Shown one piece after another: positions 44,261 to 64,000 of a stretch of 64,000 bases of DNA. The notes under the pieces are model-generated. The model did not search any database. It was not told the DNA's origin and saw nothing but the letters and a program-made list of their open reading frames with translations. Made by a program: the position numbers and the translations under genes. Source of the DNA: the human T2T-CHM13v2.0 reference genome, Homo sapiens; NCBI RefSeq assembly GCF_009914755.1, contig NC_060939.1; one strand, written 5' to 3'. Every line of letters starts with the position of its first letter. Positions within the stretch are counted from its first letter, which is position 1.

Positions 44261-45069
44261 AAAAGAAAATGGAAAGAAGACGAAGAATGGCCTAAAATTA
44301 AAATTAATGACTGAAGTTTCTGTCTTAAGAACAATGTCAACCTAAGGAGGTATGTAGAAGGAAGAAAATAATAAGGATGGAGTAGTAATCAATGAAATAG
44401 AAAACAAACAAGAGAGACAATTAACAAAGTTAAATTTGGAACCTTGAGAAGATCAACAAAGTTGATAAAGCCCTGGCTAGACTGATCCATAAAATAGATG
44501 AGAAAATATAAATGAAAGATGTGTCATCAGTACAGATCCTACAGACATTAAAAGCATAGTAAGATTCAACTGAAAGAAGGGAGAGAGAGGGAGGGATGAC
44601 TGAGTGGCTAACTTTGATTCATGTGCTGGCATAAAGTGGGGAAATATGACTGTCACTGAACAGTCTCCAAAGAGGCAGGATTTTCCCTATAGCAAATTCA
44701 AGTGAATGGATGCTTGAGTGGCCAATGCCTCAAATACCCACTACAGACATGCAAACTGGTAATGACATACACTGAAATAAGGTGAGAATAAAGGTATATA
44801 CAAAGTGTATGTCTTTGACAACTGTGTTCTTTCACTCTTGAGACAGAGGGTAGGGAAAAAGCTGACCTCACGTTGGAGCAGGCAGTCTTTGTTTTAAAGA
44901 CAATGTGTGCAGTGAGCTGTGATCACATCACTGCATTCAAGCCTGGGTGACACAGCAAGACCCTGTCTCCAAAAATAAAAATTAAAATTAAAAAAATAAA
45001 GGCAATGTGGAGCAGGCACTGACTGATGCAGGTACTTTGGACCATAATCACAAAGTATGTTACCTCAAT

Positions 45070-46932
<1,863 letters not shown>

Positions 46933-46958
46933 GGTCATAAAAACCTTGTAAAGGATAT

Positions 46959-47367
46959 TGTGTTAGGCCATACTTGCCTTGCTATAAAGGAATACATGAG
47001 ACTGGGTAATTTAGAAAGAAAAGAAGTTTAATTGGCTCACAGTTCTGCAGGCTGTACAATCATGGCACCAGCATCTGGCTGGCGTCTGGGGAGGCCTCAA
47101 GGAGCTTTTATTCATGGTGGAATGTGAAGCGGGAGTGGCCCCATCACAAGGTCAGAGCAGGAAGAAGAGGGAGAGTTGGGGGAGAGGTACCACACACTTC
47201 TAAACAACCAGATCTCCTGAGAACTCACTCACCATTGCAAGGACAGCACCAAATCATGAGAGATCCACCCCCATGATTCAATCACCTCCCACCAAGCCCC
47301 ATCTCCAAAACTGGGGATTGCAATTCAACATGAGATTTAGAGGGTTCAGGATCTAAGAAATATATCA
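46959..47367 (-). mobile_element. MSTA/MSTB MaLR solo LTR
   Basis: TG…CA ends. TTGCTATAAAGGAATAC…GAGACTGGGTAATTT…GGCTCACAGTTCTGCAGGCTGTAC. 5-bp TSD G(A/C)TAT. Confidence 0.92.
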
Positions 47368-47375
47368 GCTATAAT

Positions 47376-47380
<5 letters not shown>

Positions 47381-47413
<33 letters not shown>
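47381..47413. repeat. (CT)n microsatellite
   Basis: Seen directly. Confidence 0.95.
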
Positions 47414-47417
<4 letters not shown>

Positions 47418-48044
47418 GGTATATATCCCATTTCTGTGTCCCAGAGAGGTGGAAGTAGTGGTCGGGGCCACTGTGCTAGCATAGACTTGCTCCAGCGTCA
47501 GTCAGTACCGTGGAGCTGCATAGATCTGGGTGTGTTGGTTGTCCCAGGGTTTCTGGTTTGTGAACGTTACCATCCTGTCTGATTCAGGAGCTCACAGATC
47601 AAGCTAGATTTGCTAATCCCTGCTCAAAGAGTGAGCTGGAAGAAAAACTATTGCTAATTATTATCTCCTTTTGCATATATAGCAAAATGTTCTTTTAAAA
47701 ATGTTCTTTCCTACATTATCTCATTTGACCCTCATATTTAACTGCCCTGCAAAGAATGGGGCAGATATAATCATCCATATTGTGAGACTGGGAGAGTTGT
47801 GAAGGTGAGGCTCGGGGAGTCCAAGTCTCTAAGCTTGTAAATGGCAGAGCTGAAGTCAGAGCCAAAGCTCCTGGTTACCAGTCCCCTTTCTCAGATTCTA
47901 TAGATACTAGCAGGGCTGGGGTTAGGATGAAGCAACTGAGGCACCAAAAAACTCAATAATCAAAACAAATAATATTTCCATGTAATATTTTTAAAGGTTA
48001 AAATAATGTCAATATATCTCTGATGAACAAAGTATCACATTTTA

Positions 48045-48657
<613 letters not shown>

Positions 48658-48707
48658 AATATTTAAAATTAAAGACCCATGGCTTGCTTGTTTTGTGACC
48701 CTGCAAT

Positions 48708-49002
48708 TTTTTTTTTTTTTTTTTTTTTTTGAGACAGAGTCTCGCTCCGTCACCCAGGCTGGAGTGCAGTGGCGCAGTCTCGGCTCACTGCAAGCTCCGC
48801 CTCCCGAGTTCACGCCATTCTCCTGCCTCAGCCTCTCCGAGTAGCTGGGACTTACAGGCGCTCGACACCACGCCCGGCTAATTTTTTTGTATTTTTAGTA
48901 GAGACGGGGTTTCACCGTGGTCTCGATCTTCTGACCTCGTGATCTGCCCGCCTCGGCCTCCCAAAGTGCTGGGATTACAAGCATGAGCCACCGCGCCCGG
49001 CC
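48708..49002 (-). mobile_element. AluY, Yd-lineage (12-bp left-arm deletion)
   Basis: TTCACCGTGGTCTCGATC deletion junction and CCTCTCCGAG variant. TSD GTGACCCTGCAAT. Confidence 0.8.
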
Positions 49003-51126
49003 GTGACCCTGCAATATTTTGCAACAGGAACAGTCTTTTTCAATTGGCCTGTAGTTCCCAGGCCAGGCAGTCCATCTCATTTGCTGCCAAGTGGGTTTTT
49101 GATGGTTGACAATGGTGTACAAACAGATTGGACAATGTGGAGCTTTCTATATAATCTTTATTTTATTTTATTTTTTAAAAGAGATGGGGTCTCGCTCTGT
49201 CACTCAGGCTGGAGTGAAGTGGCATGATCATAGCTCACTGCACCTTCGAATTCTTGGGCTCAGGCGATCCTCCCAACTCAGCCCGGCAGTGCTGGGACTA
49301 CAGGCACGTGCCTCTACACCTGGCTAATTTTTAAATGTTTTTTTTGTAGGGATGGGTCTCATTGTATTGCCCAGGTACTATCATAGTGCACCACAGCCTT
49401 GAACTGCTGGGTTCAAGTGATCCTCCACCTCAGCTTCCCATGTAGTTGGGACTACAGGGGCACGCCACCACGTGTGGCCATCTAGTCATGTATTTTGATG
49501 GGGTCAGAACAGGCTGGGGTCAGACAGCCAGGGAATGGCCGAGTCAGGTTTGGATCTCAAAGCTGATGGTGCCAAGGTCCTTGCGCTTGGCTTGTTGCTA
49601 CCACTGTCTGTCTTCCTAGTGCCTACACCTAGTAAGGAGAAGGCACTTGTAAATGAATCACTGTACTGCAAACTGAAAATAGTAAGAGCCCAAGTAAAGT
49701 ACCAAAGAGTTCTCAGGATTGAGATACTTCTGGTTGGCTGGTTAGGGGCTATTGCATAACATGCCAGCATTCCAGAGATTCTATCAGAGTGCCAACGGCA
49801 AAATCTACTTTTTCATCACTGACATACAGGGTGTATCCTGCTTTTTAGGAGCTCTCATAAATGGAAGCCTATATTTACATAAAAGCTACCTTAAATTGTG
49901 GTGATTTACTTTGGTGAAACCTTGTTAAAGCCCATTCAATATCAAGTTCTCCTAATCTACTTAATGGAATTTGATGTACAATTGGGTATTTTAATGTCCT
50001 GTTGGGTAATTTTGATACAGCAAACATTCCCTCAGTTATTTGAGCATCTACAGCTGTGCATTAGTAAACAAAATAAATCTAAGCCAAGGTTTCTACCTCC
50101 AGTAAAGCTAGGTTGAGTCTACTTAGGGAGATACAGTCCTTGTACTCAAATAGATAATAATTTATGATAAAAACCAACTTCTTAGAAATAGCATAGGCGT
50201 TAACTGGTAGAAATCCTAAGGAGGGAAAGTAATCACTTTGGAAGAGAGAAATCCAAACAGTTTGCATGAACTGGCCCTGTGGGATGGGCACAGAGCCGGA
50301 GATGTGAGCAGTGCACATTTGAGGGCTGTGGGGAGGGCTGTGCAAATGTGGGGGGCAGTCGTGTGCCAGACAGGCTGACAGGACAGTAACAGTCTGGCTG
50401 AGGCCAGAGTAGGTGATGCATTAAGCTGGCAAAACACCAACTTAACACTTAAAAGAGGCCTTAGTGCACGCAGCTAGTTGCAAACCGGTAAGACTTTTTT
50501 AGGGAGCCCTTCAAGGACAGCGCCTGGGAACCGTCTTCATGTAGAGAGTCAGAGGGAAACCAGAAGGCAAACAGGAAGATGAATGGAAAAGAAAGGGCTA
50601 AAGGTGTCAGAGGAAAGCTGGGACCATGCGGTGTCAGGAAGGACCAGGTACTGAGAGCTACAAGAGGTGAGAGGTTACTGTTAGGTGCAAGAGAAAGGTC
50701 AAAGAGGAGAGAAATATTTGAGATCGTCGGTGGCATTTTCAGCAGGGTGTGGCAGTGGGGTGGGGCTTCCACCTGATAGCCTGATAGTGTGGCTTCACAA
50801 AGATTGTACAGGACCATTTGTCTGATGTTGAACATGCTCTTGATCCTGAAGTCTTTGAGCCAACAGATAAAATACAACCCCATTCTAGTTTATCTCAGTA
50901 GCATGTGCCTTATAATAAAATCTGGAATATCTTAGGAAAGATACTTTGAAAACTAGCTACATTAACTGCTCTCAGGGAGGGGTACTGGATGGATGGAAAG
51001 AGAGATGAGAGGCTTTTCATTATATATCCTTTTGTACTTTTTGAATTTTGAACCAGGTGCTATTTAAAAAATTAAAAATTACAAGAAGTCAAAGAATAAA
51101 ATACATGTGTGGTAAAAAAAAAATGA

Positions 51127-52468
<1,342 letters not shown>

Positions 52469-52469
52469 A

Positions 52470-56370
<3,901 letters not shown>

Positions 56371-56419
56371 CTCCTTCCCTCCTTTCCTTCCTCCCTCCCT
56401 CCCTTCCTTACTTTCTTTC

Positions 56420-56808
56420 TTGACAGTCTTGCTGTGTTGCCAAGGCTGAAGTGCAGTGGTGTGATCTTAGCTCACTGCAAACTCTGCCTCCTGGGTTCAA
56501 GCCATTCTCTTTCCTCAGCCACCCAAGTTGCTGTGATTACAGGTACGTGCCACCATGCCTGCACGCCTGTCTAATTTTAGTATTTTTAGTAGAGGGGGGG
56601 TTTCATCATGTTGGCTAGGCTGGTCTCAAATTCCTGGCCTCAAGCAGTCCTCCCACCTCAGCCGGGCATGGTGGCATGCGCCTGTAATCCCAACTACTCA
56701 GGAGGTTGAGGCAGGAGAATCGCTTGAATCGGGGAGGTGGAGGCTGCCGTGAGCAGAGATCGCGCCACTGCACTCCAGCCTGGGTGACAGAGCAAGACTC
56801 CGTCTCAG
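56420..56808. mobile_element. Fused opposite-orientation Alu halves
   Basis: A minus Alu ends at CCACCTCAGCC and a plus right arm begins AGCCGGGCATGG. No A-tail. Confidence 0.85.
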
Positions 56809-56833
56809 CTTTGAGTGTGGGATTGGGCCTTGT

Positions 56834-57336
56834 TGTATTAGCTGAGGCTTCCTCCAAAGAAGAGCCCAAGACAAAGAGTTACATGGCGGTAGCTCATCTG
56901 GGAATTGATACAAGGAAGCAGAAATGTGGGAGGGACTGAGGCGGTGAGAAAGGACAGAGAGAAAGCCAATACAATGCTGTGTTACTTAGTTGGCCACCAT
57001 TTTAGGTGACTTGTGCTGCATTCCATGAGATATTTTGAGTCTTATGAAATGTGTCTCAGAATTGTACACTCGGGATGACAGAGGAAAACGTTTATCCTCA
57101 AAGGTGGCCCCAGAGATGTTCCCTAAATTTCTAGGTTGCACGTGCCTAAATGCTGATGTGAGTGGTTCTGCAGACCCACACAATGTCAGAGAAACTTTGG
57201 GATTCAGGGCTGAGAGGAGACTTTCCTTTGCCTTCCAAAGCTGTATGGAATTTGATGGAAAGGTGGCTGCAGATGTGGGTGGAGTAAGAGGTGAGACCAA
57301 AAGGATTAGAAGCAGTGCACAGAATGTGTCTGATAC
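56834..57336 (-). mobile_element. LTR16-family ERVL LTR
   Basis: AAGAGCCCAAGACAAAG…GGAAGCAG…GAGAAAGCCAATA…GTGTCTGATACA. Confidence 0.65.
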
Positions 57337-57455
57337 ATGGATCCTGAGCTTCACTGACGGATGACCTTGTTCAACCATTTGTTTGGAAAACCCCAGTGTT
57401 AGCCTCTGTTCATCATTCCTCTAGGCTGATAACATTCCTCAGAGAAAAGTCTTCC

Positions 57456-57623
57456 GGCTGGGCGTGGTTGTGCAAACCTATAATCCCCTCTACTCAGGAG
57501 GCTGAGGCAGGATAATCGCTTGAATCCAGGAGGAGGAGGTTGCAGAGAGCCAAGATCACGCCAGTGCACTCCAGCCTGGGCAACACAGCAAGACTATCTC
57601 AAAAAAAAAAAAAAAAAAAAAAA
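57456..57623 (+). mobile_element. Alu right monomer
   Basis: TSD AAAAGTCTTCC. Confidence 0.88.
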
Positions 57624-57689
57624 GTCTTCCACTCTCCTACCTGGAAGACAGAAGTCACTTTGCCAGAAATCTGAGAGCCAGATGGAGCA

Positions 57690-58208
57690 AGACTGCTGGA
57701 GTCTCTGCATTCACTGTGCATCTGGCCTCTGGACCTCCCCATTTCTTTATTTCCTGTACCCTCAGCAAGCCTGACATCCTCCAAGTCAGAGACTTTCTAG
57801 AAGATAAACCTCCAGGTTTTTTTTTGCTGGAAGCACAGAGGGGATCTAGGGATCTCACTGCTCCTTAAATTGCTTTCGCTCAGTTCTCCTTATTTTAGCC
57901 TTCTCCTCCACCCTCAGTCCCAACGGTCCCTGGTTCTGGCAGTTTCTGAGCCTTTTGAGGTTTTTCCAGTGTAAGTTGGGTTGGATCTCAGCTTTCTCAT
58001 GTCTGCTAAATCAGTTACCACTCATCCATCTATTTTTCAGCTTCTAAAATTGTGTTGCTCTTTTCTCCTCTCCTGTTCTCCTTTCCTTATGGTTTTACGA
58101 CTTAAAAAAAGAAAGAAAAGGAATAGAAAAGAAAATCTGTTTAGTGCAGTTTTGGGATAGAGCAAAATTAGTAGCATGCATGCTATCTGCCATCTTAGCC
58201 TGGAATCC
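57690..58208 (-). mobile_element. HAL1/L1ME 5' region fossil
   Basis: CAGTTACCACTCATCCATCT…CAGCTTCTAAAATT…TCTGCCATCTTAGCCTGGAA. Confidence 0.55.
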
Positions 58209-58219
58209 ACCCATAGATA

Positions 58220-58660
58220 TACACATAGCTAGCTGCCTCCTTTGTGCCCTTCCTGCCTCAACTTAAATATTACTTCCTCAGATCAGTCTTCCCTGACCAC
58301 TCAACCAAAATTTGGCTCCCATCGTCACAGCACTTATTACTACTGGGTATTTTCTTTTTTTTTTTTTTGAGATGGAGTCTCACTCTGTTGCCTAAGCTGG
58401 AGGGCAGTGGTGTGATCTGGCTCACTGCAACTTCCACCTCCCAGGTTCAAGTGATTCTTCTGTCTCAGGCTCCTCAGTATCTGGGACTACAGGCTTGCGC
58501 CACCATGCCCGGCTATAGGTATTTTCTTGTGTATTGCCTTTCCCCCCCTCTAGAATATAAACTCCATGAGAACAGGTACTCCATCTCTTTTGTCCATGCT
58601 ATAACCTCAGCTCCTAAAATAGTACCTGGCACATGAAAGAAACTCAATAATTGTGCTTGG
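58220..58660 (+). mobile_element. L2 3' end with an Alu right arm (-) at 58350-58513
   Basis: CTAGAATATAAACTCCATGAGAACAGG…TACCTGGCACATG…CTCAATAA. Confidence 0.8.
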
Positions 58661-58859
58661 CAATGATATTTTGAGAATCAAATGATCTTCAATGCTGTGT
58701 GCGACATAACCTGTGCAAAGCAAAGAAGGACTACCACACGTGAAGGAGCAGAGGGTATACCGAGCATAAGACAGAGCCTGCGTTCAAGTTCTGCAGAGTA
58801 TGAGGAGCAAGAGAAGCTGCAAAGAGCAGGAGCAGAACAGCAGGAATCTGGAAACGCCT

Positions 58860-58945
58860 GCACTTGAAAACCGTGTCCTTGGTTTGAGTCAAGGTCATCC
58901 TAGGTTTCTGCTGCGCCTCCAAGATAAGCTCAGCTGACAATCTAA
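58860..58945. promoter_or_regulatory. Candidate enhancer motif cluster
   Basis: TGAGTCA 58885-58891 overlaps TCAAGGTCA 58889-58897. AGATAAG 58922-58928, CAGCTG 58931-58936, TGACA 58935-58939. Confidence 0.45.
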
Positions 58946-59434
58946 AGGAGACACCCCAAAGCAAAAGGGGACAGGGAGGAAGGGAAGCAGGGGGAAAGGC
59001 AGACCTTGCTGGCGTTTCTGCCTCTCCTTTAATTGCTATTAGAGGAGTGGAAGGCAGAAGAAGGAAAATAAACCTGTGAAGCTTCGGGGAAGCAGGGAGG
59101 ACTGTGGAAAGCCCTGTTCTATTGCTGAGCTGTGTGAAGTCATGTGACATTTGGAGTGGAAGCTGCTGTCTCCCATTCTATGTACCAGGAGTCCTTATTA
59201 TCAGCCAGGTGCACCTTAGATGACGTTCACAGCCCTGGAGGTACTGAGTTTCCTGTGACCTTCACTTCATTTTAAAAAATTACAAGTGTTTACTGTAACT
59301 AATTCAGGCAATGCAGATTCTTATGCAGTAAATAAAAAAGTTAACCTTTCTTTCCAGTAGTGTCAGCTTTTAGCTCAGCAGATTGTTTAGTTTCTTTGCT
59401 TTTTTCCTTCTATCTTGCCTTCCCTCCTAAAGAT

Positions 59435-60036
<602 letters not shown>

Positions 60037-60969
60037 TTAATTGAAGAAGGCAGTACATTCACATGGTTCAAAATTCCAAAGTCACAGAAAAGTAGAGTAA
60101 AAAGTGTCCCTTCTGCCCCAATTCTGTAGCTACATCTGAGGCAACCAGTATAAACATATCCTTGTATCCTTCTAGAAATATTCTCTGCCCAGCCAATTTT
60201 TTCACTGGACAGTATTGAATAGTAACAGAACTACTCAGAGCACATGCACAGGCCTTTCCTTTAAGTGAGCCAAGGCTAAGGGTTTGGCTCTTCATCTTCT
60301 TTCCCAAAGAAATGGTAGTCACAGGAGTCAGTGTGACTTGGGGGTGGGAGGGATTTCCTCTTGGTTCTCTGGCAGATCACTGAGAGTGAAAAGGAGCTGT
60401 GGAGGGGGTAGGATGTGGTCTGCCAGGTGTCAGGTCTTTTTATTTACAATAGAACTCTTCTTGCTGTAAGGAGGGATGACTGAAGAGATGGTATAGCTAT
60501 GGCAAAGGAAATCATAGCTGTCATTTGTGATAGCAGACAAAGTTTCAATAAAGGGCCTTCTCTAAAGAGGACATCGTGTGGGATGTAAACTTGGGAAAAG
60601 AAAGCTATTTTATGTAAGTCGCCCAAGGTATCTCTTCATACAATTGAGCCACTCCAAAGCTGAATCCTAGGGGTCCAGAAATCAAAGGGGGAGCAAACAA
60701 GAGAGCTGGAGGGCTCCCAGGTGGCATCAGGAGATTGACAGCAATGGGGTGGGGCGAAGCCTGGGGATTCAATTAGACTGGATCTCATGTTTGATTCTAA
60801 AGGTAGAATACCTCCAATGAAGCATAGGAGGGAGGAGCCGGCAAATCTGGAGGATCCACACAACAAAAGATCCAAATGACCTATTCAGCGAAGGGACAGT
60901 TTTTGAAAGGAAACTGGGAGAGGCCGAAGGGTCTGAAGGCAAATTATCTGGGCTAAAATACTTCTTGGT

Positions 60970-61160
60970 AGTGTGAACCCGGGCAAGTTACTTAAACTCC
61001 TTGAGCCTCAGTATCCTAATAGGGATAAGACACAGAGAGGGACGATAACTGTCTCTCATTGGAGTGCAGTATGATCAAGTTAATCCCCAATGAGATTTGA
61101 CAACAATGTCTGGCACCTAGTCAGCTAACTCAATGCTTTTCAGCCATGACTGTTTTAATA
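60970..61160 (+). mobile_element. MIR
   Basis: GTGTGAACCCGGGCAAGTTACTTAAACTCCTTGAGCCTCAGT…TCTGGCACCTAGT. Confidence 0.75.
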
Positions 61161-63059
61161 AATGCCTGCTTAGGTCTGTTTCCCTGGCATAGACATACTC
61201 GGTGATGAATCTGTAAAGGCACAATCAGAGAGGGATTTCAGGTTGTAATAAGAGGGGAAAAATGGAAGGAAAAGGGAGTGAACAACAGCACAGCAAAAAC
61301 ACAGCAGAAGAATGAGGAAAAAAGGATTCAGAATGGGGCTATTTCAGCAAAAACAGCCTTGTTGCAGGTCCACCGTGTCCAAAGCTACACTGTGTAAGGG
61401 AATGTCTCTTGGAAATTAAATGTCTCTTGGAGAAAATTTAATTTCAGTTGAAGAAGTATTTTGTGGGTGTGTGTGTGTGCCTACTTAGAGTTCAAAGTAT
61501 ACTGCCAAGGAGGGTGGCCTGGTTGCATACAAGGAAATCAAGATCTATAAAAAGTCAGGAGACTTGGGATCAAGTCCTAGCTTTGTCCTAAGTGGCTGAT
61601 GCTACACTGAGCCAAATCAATCAACAACTGTGTCATTTTAAAAAGCGGCCAGACTATTTCCTAGGCTCTACATGTATGTAACATTTTCTGATGCTAACCC
61701 AGGGGCAGAGGCTCAAAAGAACTGAAGAGTTGTTTCCCTCACCCCTAAGCCCCTCCTCTAAAAAAAAATCCGGTAAAACTAAGCATCTGGTGTTCCTTTC
61801 ATTTTCCCCAGGTCCCCTGCCAAAAGGAGCAAGATTTCTAAATACCGGCAACGGGAGAGAGCTACCTCTTTTTTTTTTCCCCATCCATTTCAGGAAAGTT
61901 TAGGTTTTCATTTTTTTCCTATGGTCTTCTTAGAGTTGTTTCCACGTTAAAGTAGGAAGAAGTAACGAAAAAAAAGTGAGATTTGCCGAAAGCAAATGAA
62001 ACTTGTTTTGCCTGGTTCTCTGGAAGGAGGTTGAAAAGGTAGACTATGATTTTTCAGGTTCAAACTGCTACTCTAACAAACATTGTCCTACAGGGTGGAA
62101 TCCAGTCAACCGGTATTGAGATTGATTCGCTAAGGCCTCAGGACACTGGACATTCTTTTTAATTGTTTTTTTTGATTTCCATGACGACAGCTCACAAGAC
62201 ACTAGACATTCTTTTAGGCTCTCAGGTAAATGCGCAACAGGCAGTCTACAAATCCACAAATAAATCGCATCTCAACTCGGATACTGGGGCTAGGGAATGT
62301 GCTGATGGTAAAACCATTGGTCCTGACTGTGTGACCTTCATGGAAGGCCTGGGTGCTTAGAACAAATATTTTGAGGATATGGCTGCTTGCCCAAGGGCTG
62401 TGGGCCTGTATCTTGTTTGCTCATCATCCTGTCAGTCATTTTTTTCTTTCCCTTTTTTTAAAGACAAAATCTGAACCTAGAAACACCGAAGCCAGAGCTT
62501 TTTCTAGACGCGAATCCACTATTTGTGCGACCCTGCACTAACCATTCTAGCCTGGCCTAGACCATACCAGGAACCCTCCAGCTAGCCTGGAGGGGTCCGC
62601 ACTGCGGGGAAAAAAGCAACAGCTCAGCTCCAACCCCAAAGGTTCCATCACCAGCCAATCGTGGCCCGGGGCTTCTCAAGAAAACCAGAAACGCCTACGG
62701 ACAGTGAATGGCACTAAGGCCAGCCTATCCGCACGAAGGAGGCGGAAGGGGTGGTGTTGAAATTAACCAATAGAATGGAAGAAGTTGTTGTTGGGAGGGA
62801 GGAAGACGCCAGCTAACGTGCGTGAGGCCGCTCCCGGATAGGGGATGCAGGAAGCTCGTGGAGCCAATGGCCGCGGCGGGCGGGCGGCGGCGCGCGTGCG
62901 CGTTGGCCCCCGGGCCTGCGGGCGGGAGGCGGGGATGGTGGGGGAGGGGAGCGGGCTGGAGCGCGGCGGAGCTCTTGCCGCCGCCGCAGCCGCTGCCGCC
63001 GCAGCGAAGAGGCCATGTTGTGTGGTGTGTGGGGCGGGGGGAGGAGGAGGAGGGAGTAA

Positions 63060-63449
63060 AGCCTAGAGAGGAGACGGGAGAGAGACACCACACACACGGC
63101 ACAAGATGGCCGGAGAGGCAGCAGCACCCCGAGCTGTCAGGCGTTCCGCCGCGGCCGCGAGGCCCGCCGGCCGGCGGGGAGCTACGCCCGGACGGCCAGC
63201 AGGCCCGCGGGAGTGGGGCTGCCGCGGCTGAGGCGAGGCGGGCCGCGCGCGTCGGCGTCACAGCCCGCGGCAGAGGCGCCCAGGGCGGCCGGGCCCACGA
63301 CGCCGAAAGCGCCGCTGCGGTTGCCGCCTCGGAGGCTCCCCCGGGCCCCGGCGGCTGGACCCGGCGCGGGCGGGAGGCTCGGGCGGGCGGTCCGGCCCGG
63401 GACTCGGGTTTGGGCGACCAGGAGGTGCCGGTGGCCGCGCTCGGACCCG
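63060..63449 (+). other. Probable non-coding first exon (5' UTR); start approximate
   Basis: Strong donor CCG|GTGAGT at 63449/63450, downstream of the promoter motifs. No ATG-initiated frame stays open through the donor. Confidence 0.6.
63106..63231 (+). other. Candidate uORF, 41 aa (MAGEAAAPRAVRRSAAAARPAGRRGATPGRPAGPREWGCRG)
   Basis: AAGATGG strong Kozak context. TGA at 63229-63231. Confidence 0.35.
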
Positions 63450-64000
63450 GTGAGTGGCTCCCTAGCTCCTTTTATTGTCCTTTGTCCTTGGGAGGAAAAG
63501 CAAAATGTCCTTGAGCGCGCGAGCAGGAGGGGGCGGCGGGCCGGGCCTCGCCGCTCGGCTCTTCTCGCACTGCCCCTCCGTGGTCGGGGGCCGGCTCTCG
63601 CCGGCGGGATGCGCCTCGGTGCCCTGGGCCCGAGTCGTAGGGTCCTGGGGTAGGGGGCACGCGGGGCCCCGCTGCAGAGCCCGCGGGCGGCAGGTGGGCG
63701 GGGGGCAGCCTCGTCGCCGGGACTGGATCCGCCGGGAAAGGGGCGGCGGGTGAATGCCGGCGAGAGCCCGAAGGGGATCGGGCGTGGAGAGCCCCTTTCT
63801 GTCCTGGTGAGTTATTTTGATATTTAGGGTAAAAAAATCCCTTTCAGGTTCTCCAACGGAGGAGCTTTTTAACCTCTTTCCGGTGAGGTGGGAACTCATC
63901 TTCATGATCGAATTTAAAAGAACAATGGAACCCTGACTACGTTTCAACAAAAATAAAACTTGTTTTTTTCCCTCCTATTGGGTGTTGGCTTTTAACTCTT

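Larger units (their letters stand above)
62640..63800 (+). promoter_or_regulatory. CpG-island promoter of a + strand gene extending past the window
   Basis: About 1.1 kb very GC/CpG-rich. CCAAT at 62655, 62767 and 62864. NRF1-like GCGCGTGCGC 62892-62901, GC boxes, YY1 CAAGATGGC 63102-63110. Confidence 0.92.

Noticed and set aside
58682-58867. 61-aa Glu/Gln-rich ORF
   Set aside because: Short, with no homology I recognise and no convincing splice sites.
62725-63950. Long Arg/Gly/Pro/Ala-rich ORFs on both strands in the CpG island
   Set aside because: Stop codons are scarce in GC-rich DNA. There is no recognisable domain, and they run across splice donors.
62640-64000. Assigning a gene symbol to the CpG-island promoter
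   Set aside because: No coding sequence lies in the window and I do not reliably recognise the leader. A BLAT search would settle it.

Overview
Human-like (primate) gene-poor, extremely Alu-dense genomic DNA, with roughly 90-100 Alu copies or fragments by eye. It also holds L1, L2, MIR, MaLR/ERVL/ERV1 LTRs and hAT DNA-transposon fossils. A small CpG-rich promoter-like patch lies at ~600-860. A large CpG-island promoter at ~62.6-63.8 kb carries what look like non-coding first exon(s) of a + strand gene that continues beyond the window; I cannot name that gene with confidence. No protein-coding exon, RNA gene or processed pseudogene can be supported, and almost all listed ORFs are Alu-derived artefacts. 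I found no convincing new biological system. The most notable observations are: an Alu flanked by a ~125-bp direct repeat in target-site-duplication geometry (41.4-42.0 kb); two zero/near-zero-spacer inverted Alu pairs (9.0-9.6 kb, 32.5-33.1 kb); an Alu whose A-tail is largely replaced by a G18 run (4.5 kb); an LTR12 with an intact five-CCAAT promoter; a TATA+Inr+ETS cryptic promoter candidate (33.7 kb); dense motif clusters suggesting enhancers; and uORFs with overlapping YY1 motifs in the CpG-island first exon. Repeat subfamily calls come from remembered consensus sequences, and boundaries are approximate.
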